A stretch of 64,000 nucleotides of DNA from an uncultured Candidatus Actinomarina sp. (GTDB lineage: Bacteria > Actinomycetota > Acidimicrobiia > Actinomarinales > Actinomarinaceae): NCBI GenBank assembly GCA_902593795.1, contig CACJJR010000004.1:47086-111085 (forward strand), given 5' to 3'. The translations under genes were made by a program, and so were the position numbers. Under the pieces are notes generated by a model. The model saw only the letters and a list, made by a program, of their open reading frames with translations, was not told the DNA's origin and searched no databases. This document shows, in pieces, positions 47,358-55,612 of this stretch (positions are counted from its first letter, which is position 1; each line of letters begins with the position of its first letter).

Positions 47358-48875
47358 ATGAACGATGTGTTAGATAAAAAAATCGAAAATGTTTTAGACC
47401 AAGCTGATCGAATGTTTATTGCGACTAGCGTTGGCGGCAACTCATCAGGGGCTTCTGTATTTTTCAGTAGAGATGGTGAAGATTTAGTATTTTTTACCTT
47501 CCACCCTACTCGTAAAGCAGAACAAATTAGATTAAATCCACGAGTCCATGTAGTAATTTGGCCTAAAGGACAAGAAGGTATTGAAGGATTACAAATTGAT
47601 GGTGAATGCTACAAAATTAAAGATGAAGACGAAAAGAAAAAAGCCTATGAACTTGTATTAAACACAACTGAAGCATTTAAAGAGTTTATGGAAGATGAGT
47701 TTTTAATTAAAAATGACGTTGTTGGTTATTACAGAGTTAAGCCAACAACTATAAAATATGTTAACTTTTTCCAAGAAGAAAAGTTTGAATGGAAAACATA
47801 TCCAGCAAACAAAACTTCGGCAGTCAAAATGGCATTTAAGCTTGGGTTAAAAAGAATTGGACTATGGTTAAGGACTATTCGTGCTCCGTTTTTAACTGCT
47901 ACTTTTGCTCCAATTTTAATTGGCGCAGCAGTTGCCTGGAATGACTTAAAAGAAGCTGGTCTAGATTCAAGTTGGTCATGGAGAATGTTTTGGCTAGTTC
48001 TTGGTGGAGCGTCATTAGCTCAGGTTGCAACAAACTCATCTAATGATTATTTTGATCACACTTCAAATGCAGATGAAATAAACAAAGTAGCAAGTCCATT
48101 TAATGGTGGTAGTCGAGTTATACAAGTTGGCCTAATGACACCTGGACAAGTGCTGTTAACAGCGCTAGTTAGTATTACTGGAACTGTTGCAATAGGTCTG
48201 TATCTAAATCAACAAGTAAGTGGTTCATTTTTTGGCAACACTCCAATTTTATGGACAGGAATAATTGGAACATTCTTGGCCCTTGGTTATACGGGTGACC
48301 CGGTAAGGCTTGGTTATAAAGGTTTTGGAGAAATTGCAATTGCACTTGGTTTTGGTCCAGTTATGGTAATGGGAGCTCATTATGTATTAACTGATCCAAT
48401 ACACCAAAATTTAGTTTCAGAATGGAATTGGATTGAGGCATTAATTGCATCTGTTCCCATTGCTATTCTTGTAATGCTTATTGTATGGATTAATCAGTTC
48501 CAAGATGCTCCTTCAGATGCTGCAATAGGTAAAAATACATGGGTTGTCAGAACTGCAGAACAAGGCGAATGGATGAAGTTAGAAAAACCTATGAGGCTAT
48601 ATAAACAATTTATGATTGAAGCATTTGTTGCTGTAGCTTTTGTTGGTGCTTTGAGTTTCTTTACAGATTACGGCACTGTCTATGCTTTCATGGCGTTGCT
48701 CCCCTTGGTATTAGTATGGAAAGCTTTCAAAATGGCAGATGAGTGGATGGTGAAATGGAATAATCCAGAGGCTGATCGCCAAAAAGTTCCTTATGAACTG
48801 CTTCTAGTAAACGTATCTACAATAGGGATTCATTTCCTTACTGGTATTTTGCTAGCAGTAGCATATATTCTGTAA
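47358..48875 (+). CDS. menA: Fusion of a PNPOx-like split-barrel flavin/deazaflavin-binding domain with a MenA-type (UbiA-superfamily) prenyltransferase
   Basis: 505 aa in a single frame. Residues 1 to about 137 resemble split beta-barrel PNPOx-like proteins. Residues from about 166 are polytopic, with the Asp-rich motifs N-D-Y-F-D (229-233) and FQDAPSDAAIGKNT typical of MenA. Confidence 0.8.
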   Translation: MNDVLDKKIENVLDQADRMFIATSVGGNSSGASVFFSRDGEDLVFFTFHPTRKAEQIRLNPRVHVVIWPKGQEGIEGLQIDGECYKIKDEDEKKKAYELVLNTTEAFKEFMEDEFLIKNDVVGYYRVKPTTIKYVNFFQEEKFEWKTYPANKTSAVKMAFKLGLKRIGLWLRTIRAPFLTATFAPILIGAAVAWNDLKEAGLDSSWSWRMFWLVLGGASLAQVATNSSNDYFDHTSNADEINKVASPFNGGSRVIQVGLMTPGQVLLTALVSITGTVAIGLYLNQQVSGSFFGNTPILWTGIIGTFLALGYTGDPVRLGYKGFGEIAIALGFGPVMVMGAHYVLTDPIHQNLVSEWNWIEALIASVPIAILVMLIVWINQFQDAPSDAAIGKNTWVVRTAEQGEWMKLEKPMRLYKQFMIEAFVAVAFVGALSFFTDYGTVYAFMALLPLVLVWKAFKMADEWMVKWNNPEADRQKVPYELLLVNVSTIGIHFLTGILLAVAYIL

Positions 48876-49499
48876 TTGGCTGAAAAAGCTAACTTTTCAA
48901 ACATATACAAGTTCTATGATTTAATCAATTCTGTTATAACTCTTGGATTTGATAAGTCATGGAGAAGTAAAGCTAGTAGTCATGTAACTGGAACAAGAGT
49001 ATTAGATCTTGGAAGTGGAACTGGTGCTGCTTTTCAACAATTACAAAATTTTGATGTAACAGCTGTTGATCCTGATGAGAAAATGCTAGAGCTTAATGAA
49101 TTTTCAAATAAAGTTATTGGTGGTGCTGAAAATCTCCCCTTTCCAGACAACTCATTCGATAGTATTTATTGTGCTTTTGTTTGGAGAAATATAAATGAAC
49201 CAAAAAAAGGTATGGATGAGGTTTATAGAGTTTTACGACCAGGTGGAAAATTTATTCTTCTTGATATGAACAGACCTAAAAATAAATTTCTAAAAGCTAT
49301 TCATAAGATAGGTACATTTAAAGTGACCTTATTAATTGGGTTGTTAACTTTCAATCTCAAAGAGTATAGATTTCTTCATAATTCATTAGATAAATATCCT
49401 CAACCTGAGGAATATTTTCAAACCCATCCTTTCGAAAATTGCATTATAGAAAGAATGGGTTTGTTTGACTTTGTCTATGAAGCTGTGTTTGAAAAATAA
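48876..49499 (+). CDS. Class I SAM-dependent methyltransferase, UbiE/MenG-like
   Basis: 207 aa with SAM motif I VLDLGSGTGAA and motif LRPGGKFILLD. The TTG start directly follows the menA-fusion stop. Confidence 0.7.
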   Translation: MAEKANFSNIYKFYDLINSVITLGFDKSWRSKASSHVTGTRVLDLGSGTGAAFQQLQNFDVTAVDPDEKMLELNEFSNKVIGGAENLPFPDNSFDSIYCAFVWRNINEPKKGMDEVYRVLRPGGKFILLDMNRPKNKFLKAIHKIGTFKVTLLIGLLTFNLKEYRFLHNSLDKYPQPEEYFQTHPFENCIIERMGLFDFVYEAVFEK

Positions 49500-49505
49500 A
49501 TCGGT

Positions 49506-49527
49506 GCTCCATTAAACAGGAGTTTTT
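49506..49527 (+). terminator. Weak candidate terminator after the methyltransferase gene
   Basis: 5-bp stem GCTCC/GGAGT (one G-U pair) with an 8-nt loop, followed by TTTTT. Confidence 0.3.
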
Positions 49528-49534
49528 CAAAAAT

Positions 49535-50143
49535 TTATCGGCTTTGTAAAGCTAAAGCTGTAAGTAGCTGGCCTACTTGATCTTGTGGAAGGTTTCCAGT
49601 TCTTCTTGCCACAACATTTAAATCTTTGTCTAAAAACACCCAGTAAGGAAATGCATTTAATCCATAAGCAGTTGCAATTTCTTTATCAAGATCGTAAAGC
49701 TGCGTCTCTGACCATCCCTCATTTGCTAACCAATCATGTGGAGGATAGTTATCTCTAGCTCTATCAATTGATGTTGCAATTGCTATTAATTCAATACCGT
49801 CCGGCACTCCAATTAAATCAACATACTCTTGTACTACTGGAACTTCTTGCTGACAATAGCCACACCAGTGGGCAAGAAAAATTAAAGCTTTTGCATTTCC
49901 ATTTTTTTCAATCGTAACTATTTCAGAGTTTTCGTTTGGTGCAGAAAAAGTTGGAGCTGCGAGTCCTCTAGCAATATTATCATCGTTTTCAGAAGCAAAC
50001 ACTGGAAGTAAATCTCCATTTATTGTGGTTTCTCCCTCTGGCAAATTACCATCTAATGGTTCATCAACAAGAGTAACGCCTATAGCAACAGCAAGTCCGA
50101 TAGCAAGAACCACACCACCAGCAATAATAAAATTTTTATTCAA
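49535..50143 (-). CDS. Membrane-anchored thioredoxin-fold thiol:disulfide oxidoreductase (TlpA/ResA/BdbD-like)
   Basis: 202 aa with an N-terminal anchor and the active site WCGYC. Confidence 0.75.
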   Translation of the reverse strand: MNKNFIIAGGVVLAIGLAVAIGVTLVDEPLDGNLPEGETTINGDLLPVFASENDDNIARGLAAPTFSAPNENSEIVTIEKNGNAKALIFLAHWCGYCQQEVPVVQEYVDLIGVPDGIELIAIATSIDRARDNYPPHDWLANEGWSETQLYDLDKEIATAYGLNAFPYWVFLDKDLNVVARRTGNLPQDQVGQLLTALALQSR

Positions 50144-50654
50144 CTATTTCCTTCCCCGATAAATCATAATACAGCAGGGCTAAAAATATAGTCAAAAAAC
50201 CTGTACTAGCCATAACTGGAATTGAAATAAATCCCAAGATATCGACATATTTAAGATTACATGGAACATCTAATGCGCATGAACCACCACCTCCTCCACC
50301 ATTTTGGAGAAATATATGATAAATCCCAACACCAACACCAGCAAGACTTATGTATCCAGCACGTATAAATCTCTTGTTAAACAAACCAATAATAAGAATT
50401 AATGCAATTGGATACATTAAATACCTTTGATACCAACAAAATTTACATGGTATAAAACCAACAACTTCTGAATATACTAAGCTCCCAATTGAACAAAATA
50501 CTGCAACACTTGTGGCAAAATTATAAAACTGATCATTAATTATTTTAGAAAATCTTTTTTTAGTAAAGATTAAAAACAATATAGACAAGCTGATAGCCCA
50601 AGCAACAAAAGTAAAGAAGCCAAATAAAGTATTAAAAAAAACTATTAAGTCCAT
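50136..50654 (-). CDS. DsbB-family disulfide bond formation protein, BdbC type
   Basis: 172 aa. FIPCKFCWYQRYLMYP and CALDVPCNLKY match my recollection of the two Cys pairs of Bacillus BdbC. It overlaps the downstream thioredoxin-like gene by 8 nt. Confidence 0.8.
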   Translation of the reverse strand: MDLIVFFNTLFGFFTFVAWAISLSILFLIFTKKRFSKIINDQFYNFATSVAVFCSIGSLVYSEVVGFIPCKFCWYQRYLMYPIALILIIGLFNKRFIRAGYISLAGVGVGIYHIFLQNGGGGGGSCALDVPCNLKYVDILGFISIPVMASTGFLTIFLALLYYDLSGKEIVE

Positions 50655-50685
50655 ATCGAATTGTAACCCAAAAAAAATTTACCCC

Positions 50686-50720
50686 AAAAAAAATGATAGG
50701 CGGACAATGCCGCCTATCAT
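50686..50720 (-). terminator. Rho-independent terminator of the rhodopsin gene
   Basis: 11-bp perfect stem ATGATAGGCGG (50693-50703) / CCGCCTATCAT (50710-50720) with a 6-nt loop. On the - strand it is followed by eight T. Confidence 0.75.
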
Positions 50721-50741
50721 CAAATTTTATTCAAAAAAGTC

Positions 50742-51401
50742 TTAGACTTTTTCTCCTGACTTGATTCTTGCCATTCCAAGTACCAATACACCAAGACCGA
50801 CTTTGTTAATTATGTCAGCAATTGTATAAAGGACTTCTCTAACAGCGTCAAAGTCTCCTGCTACTGGAGCTAGATAGCCCAAAGGATAGATTATCCAACC
50901 AACAAGAATGAGATTTTTAATTTTCTCAAACTGATCAGCTTCCGCAGCTTTGAGTCCTGCACCTTCTGCTTGAAGATTTCTCATCAAGTATATGTATGCA
51001 GCCATAGCTACTACAAATCCAACCCAGTAAGCATCACTGCCTGCAGCAGATGTCTCACCATAGTAACCGCCACCAATCATCACGACAGCAGCTAATCCCC
51101 AGTTTCTAACTTTTTCGTTATACTCTGCACCTGAAGATGTTACGGCAAGTACCTCAACAAACATTAATGGTACTGTTAGGATCCAGTCGACATATCTTAA
51201 GCCTGTATCATAATCTCCACCAGCCCATGAGCCAGTCATTTTGTTATAGTGATACCAAGCTATTCCTGTCACAAGAGCGGAGATATACACTCCTCTTCTG
51301 TGCTTAGGATCTACTTCTCTTGATGATGCTAGTAAAAATACTGTTCCAGCGAGCATGCCCACTGTTGCTACCATAAAGAGTCTGTAAGTAAGTTCAGCCA
51401 T
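50742..51401 (-). CDS. Microbial rhodopsin, proteorhodopsin/xanthorhodopsin-like outward proton pump (DTE motif)
   Basis: 219 aa with seven hydrophobic helices. RYVDWILTVPLMFVE gives D72/T76/E83, equivalent to PR D97/T101/E108. M80 is at the spectral tuning position. ADIINK gives D196 and the Schiff-base lysine K200. His51 lies in AWYHY. AAGGAG Shine-Dalgarno. Confidence 0.9.
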   Translation of the reverse strand: MAELTYRLFMVATVGMLAGTVFLLASSREVDPKHRRGVYISALVTGIAWYHYNKMTGSWAGGDYDTGLRYVDWILTVPLMFVEVLAVTSSGAEYNEKVRNWGLAAVVMIGGGYYGETSAAGSDAYWVGFVVAMAAYIYLMRNLQAEGAGLKAAEADQFEKIKNLILVGWIIYPLGYLAPVAGDFDAVREVLYTIADIINKVGLGVLVLGMARIKSGEKV

Positions 51402-51447
51402 TTTAGCCTACTCCTTTTGTTTAATAATACATTGTGAATTTAATCAC

Positions 51448-51477
51448 TATGTAATTTTATTCATTTTATGTAATTTT
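51448..51477. promoter_or_regulatory. Direct repeat TATGTAATTTT x2 (19-bp spacing) upstream of the rhodopsin gene
   Basis: Identical 11-mers at 51448-51458 and 51467-51477, lying 47-76 nt upstream of the start codon at 51401. Confidence 0.35.
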
Positions 51478-51523
51478 GATATATTTTTAGAAAAATTTTT
51501 TTTAAATCGTTGTAACTTTATTT

Positions 51524-53041
51524 CTACAAACTAGTATGAATGCCCAATGATTCATTGCTCCATTTTTCTAGATAGGGTTTTAAATTAAACTTTTTAGAAG
51601 TTGAGTCTGAAGTCATATATCTAATTTTGCCATAAATGCTTCTCTCAGGCCCCCATGCTCTATCGTATCTACCAAGAATCCAAAATACACCAGAATAGGA
51701 ATTTGGATCTCTTCCATCTAAAGCATATCTATCATTAAGAGTAATCATATATGAGAGTGCTATTTGTGGATTTGGTGTCCATTCGAGTATTTTCTTGCCC
51801 CAAAGCATTCTTAAATAGTTCTGAATTATTCCTTGTGTCCGCAGTTGATTTTGAGCTGCATTCCAAATCTCATCATGAGTTTGCGAATAAGTAAGTTCAT
51901 CAAGAGAATATATATGTTCTCGTTCATCAGAAGAATGATCAGTTAAAGTTTTAATTGCCCATTCAGGCAGACTTGAGTATTGGTCATAGTTAGCTCTTCT
52001 TACACAAGTATGATACCCAAGCTCTCTCCAAGTAATTAATTCATCCATAAAACTTTCAAAATTTTCTGTACTTCCCCACCATCCTTCTCTTCTGCCTACC
52101 ATTTTTGGATCAATTGACTCTAAAGTCCATGATTCCAAATTAGATATTTTTTCAAAAACTTCATGTGTTGATATTTGGCCAGAGTGAAAATACGGTGATA
52201 ATTGACTGCTAGCCTCTTTTGAAGGATTACTACTGAACTTTGCGTAATCTTCATAACCATTATCAATAAATTTATTGAGTTGCTTTAAAGCATTTGAGTA
52301 TCCACCATTTATTGAGCTAATCTCTACCGTTTTGTCGATGTTTAGATTTTGAAGAAAGTCGTCTATATTTTGATCTTTAAAATTATATGGTTTCCATTTT
52401 TCTTGAACCGTTTTTATTTGAGATTGATCGAATTTCTTATTTAATAATTCTAAAGGATTTTTATGAGGTGTCTCAATAATAAAATCCTCTAAGTTTTTAT
52501 GTAAATACCTTCTAAAGTCATGAGCTCTAACATATTCTTTTTCTGAAAGTCGGATAGGTACAAGTCCATTAGAATCAACAAGTTCATATCTTGAGTCAAT
52601 ATCACCAGAGGCTTTCGCAGTCATTTGGGGAACAAAATATGTTGGATAATCATCAGTAATGACAACTGATGCATTTTTTGCAATTTCATTAAGCAGTCCT
52701 TCTGATTCTCCTGCAGACTGCTCGACAAAAGGGTAATAATGCGCATTTGTGCAAGAAATCATTTCATCAATTTCTTGCATGCCCTCAAGAGTAAATTTGT
52801 GAAAACGAATGCTAGACATTGGATAGTCAAGAATTAATGGTTCTAGAATCAATAATGGTTGAGATAATTGGTTTGCCCATTCAACAGCACGTTGTAATGC
52901 AAAATTATACCCTACTCTTTTAAAAGCAATCATCCAATAAATCACATACTGTGTTTCAGTTAGTGACTCCGGATTAATGTCCTTAAGAGTGGTTACTCGG
53001 GTTAAGGGAACTTTTACCATACGTAAATATTTTAAATTCAA
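51524..53041 (-). CDS. phr: Class II CPD photolyase (deoxyribodipyrimidine photo-lyase)
   Basis: The C-terminal NYLRMLWGKKILEWT...LNDRYALDGRDPNSYSGVFW...YGKIRYM matches the class II photolyase FAD-binding region. The start may be ATG 53020 rather than TTG 53041. Confidence 0.85.
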   Translation of the reverse strand: MNLKYLRMVKVPLTRVTTLKDINPESLTETQYVIYWMIAFKRVGYNFALQRAVEWANQLSQPLLILEPLILDYPMSSIRFHKFTLEGMQEIDEMISCTNAHYYPFVEQSAGESEGLLNEIAKNASVVITDDYPTYFVPQMTAKASGDIDSRYELVDSNGLVPIRLSEKEYVRAHDFRRYLHKNLEDFIIETPHKNPLELLNKKFDQSQIKTVQEKWKPYNFKDQNIDDFLQNLNIDKTVEISSINGGYSNALKQLNKFIDNGYEDYAKFSSNPSKEASSQLSPYFHSGQISTHEVFEKISNLESWTLESIDPKMVGRREGWWGSTENFESFMDELITWRELGYHTCVRRANYDQYSSLPEWAIKTLTDHSSDEREHIYSLDELTYSQTHDEIWNAAQNQLRTQGIIQNYLRMLWGKKILEWTPNPQIALSYMITLNDRYALDGRDPNSYSGVFWILGRYDRAWGPERSIYGKIRYMTSDSTSKKFNLKPYLEKWSNESLGIHTSL

Positions 53042-53067
53042 AATTGAATTAGTACATAATATTAAGG

Positions 53068-53094
53068 TGTAAATTAATTTTAAAATTGTAAATT
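53068..53094. promoter_or_regulatory. Direct repeat TGTAAATT x2 (19-bp spacing) in the photolyase/ABC-ATPase divergent intergenic region
   Basis: Identical 8-mers at 53068-53075 and 53087-53094. Spacing, orientation and TGTAA core match the rhodopsin upstream repeat. Confidence 0.3.
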
Positions 53095-53121
53095 TCTAGC
53101 TACACTTAAAAGGTTTAAATT

Positions 53122-54297
53122 ATGGGTGCAATAAATATTTCGAGCGTTGGAAAAATCTACCCTAATGGCACGCGCGCCTTAGAAGATGTAAATATAGAAA
53201 TCAATGATGGTGAGTTTTTAGTACTGGTTGGTCCTTCTGGTTGTGGTAAAACAACTTTACTAAGAATGGTTGCTGGATTAGAAGATATTACTGAAGGTGA
53301 GATTTCAATAGCTGACAACATTGTAAATGAAGTTGCGCCAAAAGATAGAGACATAGCAATGGTCTTTCAAAATTATGCGTTATATCCTCATATGTCAGTG
53401 TACGATAATATGGCTTTCTCACTCAAACTACGCAAGCTTCCTAAAGATGAAATTGATATAAAAGTTAAAGAAGCTGCAAAAACACTTGAAATTGATGAAT
53501 TGCTTGAAAGAAAACCAAAAGCTCTTTCTGGTGGGCAAAGACAAAGAGTTGCAATGGGTAGAGCAATTGTTAGAAGCCCACAGGCATTTTTAATGGATGA
53601 ACCACTTTCTAACCTTGATGCTAAATTAAGAGTTCAAATGAGAGCAGAACTAGGACAGCTCCATTCTCAGTTAGAGACAACAACTTTATATGTAACACAC
53701 GATCAAGTAGAAGCTATGACTATGGGTGATAGAGTTGCAGTAATTAGAAAGGGCGTTCTTCAACAAATTGACACACCAAGAGAAATTTACTTATATCCAA
53801 AAAATATTTTTGTTGCCGGGTTCATTGGCAGCCCATCAATGAATTTCGTTTATGCTTCTGTTGGAAAATCTGGGAAAAATACAAAAATTAAATTTGGAGA
53901 CGACGAAATTAATGTAACAGATGCCCCTAAGGCATTGGCTGATTTCGAAGGAAAAGAAATCGTTGTAGGAATTAGACCAGAGGCATTTGAAGACTCTGTG
54001 TACGCAAATGAAAAAGAATTTAGTGAACAAGTAAGTATAGAAGTTTCTCTTCTTGAGCAACTAGGTTCAGATACATATGTTCATTTTTATAAAGATATCA
54101 AACCAGTACAGACTAAAGCGATTGAAGAAATACTTGCTGATGAGGGCGAGGATATTTCTGTGCTAGGTGATGAAACAAAATTTATCGCTAGGATTAATCC
54201 AAACTCAACTGTAGAGGAAGGACAGAAAATTAATTTGGCATTAGACCCTGCAAAACTTCATTACTTTGATCCAGAAACAGGATTGGCAATAAAGTAA
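53122..54297 (+). CDS. Sugar ABC transporter ATP-binding protein (MalK/UgpC/MsiK type)
   Basis: 391 aa with [30 protein letters not shown] and a C-terminal TOBE-like regulatory domain. Confidence 0.9.
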   Translation: MGAINISSVGKIYPNGTRALEDVNIEINDGEFLVLVGPSGCGKTTLLRMVAGLEDITEGEISIADNIVNEVAPKDRDIAMVFQNYALYPHMSVYDNMAFSLKLRKLPKDEIDIKVKEAAKTLEIDELLERKPKALSGGQRQRVAMGRAIVRSPQAFLMDEPLSNLDAKLRVQMRAELGQLHSQLETTTLYVTHDQVEAMTMGDRVAVIRKGVLQQIDTPREIYLYPKNIFVAGFIGSPSMNFVYASVGKSGKNTKIKFGDDEINVTDAPKALADFEGKEIVVGIRPEAFEDSVYANEKEFSEQVSIEVSLLEQLGSDTYVHFYKDIKPVQTKAIEEILADEGEDISVLGDETKFIARINPNSTVEEGQKINLALDPAKLHYFDPETGLAIK

Positions 54298-54301
54298 CGG
54301 C

Positions 54302-55612
54302 CTAACTTTCTGAAAGTTCTCGCTTTATTCTTACATCAATTTCTTCAGTTACTTGTTCTAAATAATTATTAGATTGAGTTATGAAATCCCTCAATGTTGT
54401 CCATAGTATTTTCTTACCCGTTCCATTTTTCATAAGCATTGAACCATCATATCTGAACAAATTCATGCTCAATGAATCTTTTATTTGTATATATTCTTTT
54501 TTTGCAAATTCATTTTTATATTTACTTATATCAAAATCTGTTCTTGGAGAAACATATTGAGAGTCAATTTTTGAAGCCCATGTTTCACCAAAAGTTGCTG
54601 AAACTATTTCAGCATAAACCTCCATTGACGAAGGATTATCATTTAGTAATGAAACTGTATCTCCAATGCCTACAACCATGTTTGAATAATTTATTGATGG
54701 AAATTTAAAAAAATTGTAATCTTCTCCAAAGGTTTTATTTTGAGGCATATAGTTAATAGCATGGTGGCCCATCAATGAAAATACACATGTAGAATTTTCA
54801 TCTAATAAATTTGATGCACTTTTGCTTATTTGTGATCTAATCAAGTATTCTTTACCTTTATAAACAGTTCCTTCATTGTGAACGATTTTTCCAATATCAA
54901 GTAAAGACAAGGCAATCTCATCATCAGAAAACTTTATCTCATTTTTAACCCAGTTGTCATAAATGGTTGTTCCGTAGTTCGCCAAAACAATATTCTCTAG
55001 CCAGTTTGAGACAATCCAGCCAGTTGATTCCCCATATTCGTAATCAAGAAGTGGTTGATTTTCCGCACTATCTATAGTCAAGCACCACAATTCATTATTT
55101 TTTGTAGAATTCAATTTAGTAAATTCTATAATTTCGTCAAATGATTCAAAATTTGGAGATCCAAGTTCTTTATATCGATCTACATTGTACCAAATCATTG
55201 AGTTGCTAAAAAGCCTTAACCAATGGCCATACTGAACAGAGTTGTCTTCTGAACTTATTAAATTAATTAAATATTTCGAATATAAATCTTTTGAATCTTC
55301 ATCATAAAAGTCATTTGTAGGAAGTAAGACGTTTGAATTACCTAATTCCTGTAATGACTGCGGACTTGTTAGTAATACTAAATCTGCTTTATCTGGATTT
55401 TTTTGTATATATAGAGGAACATCATTTAAGGAAACATACGAAATTTTATATCCCGTTTTATTAGAAATCGTATTTAATTCTTCAATGAAATAATCTTCTT
55501 GAGAAAAAGTTGGTCCAACTATTACTACATCACTCGATTGGTAACTAAAAAAAGAAAAAGTAAATGTAGTAATTAAAAAGATTAAAAAAAATTTTTGACT
55601 TGACCCTACCAT
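54302..55612 (-). CDS. Divergent CUT1-family solute-binding protein paralogue (membrane-anchored)
   Basis: 436 aa with an N-terminal hydrophobic anchor. It aligns by eye with the SBP at 59311-60609 (STGWIVSNWLENIVL vs ASGWLATDWMEDIML; FRYDGSMLM vs FRFDASDLM). Confidence 0.6.
   Translation of the reverse strand: MVGSSQKFFLIFLITTFTFSFFSYQSSDVVIVGPTFSQEDYFIEELNTISNKTGYKISYVSLNDVPLYIQKNPDKADLVLLTSPQSLQELGNSNVLLPTNDFYDEDSKDLYSKYLINLISSEDNSVQYGHWLRLFSNSMIWYNVDRYKELGSPNFESFDEIIEFTKLNSTKNNELWCLTIDSAENQPLLDYEYGESTGWIVSNWLENIVLANYGTTIYDNWVKNEIKFSDDEIALSLLDIGKIVHNEGTVYKGKEYLIRSQISKSASNLLDENSTCVFSLMGHHAINYMPQNKTFGEDYNFFKFPSINYSNMVVGIGDTVSLLNDNPSSMEVYAEIVSATFGETWASKIDSQYVSPRTDFDISKYKNEFAKKEYIQIKDSLSMNLFRYDGSMLMKNGTGKKILWTTLRDFITQSNNYLEQVTEEIDVRIKRELSES

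Noticed and set aside
50734-50752. 19-nt palindrome AAAAAGTCT-T-AGACTTTTT centred on the rhodopsin stop codon
   Set aside because: The stem is almost pure A-T with a 1-3 nt loop, so it is weak as RNA structure. The strong GC hairpin 20 nt further downstream explains termination.
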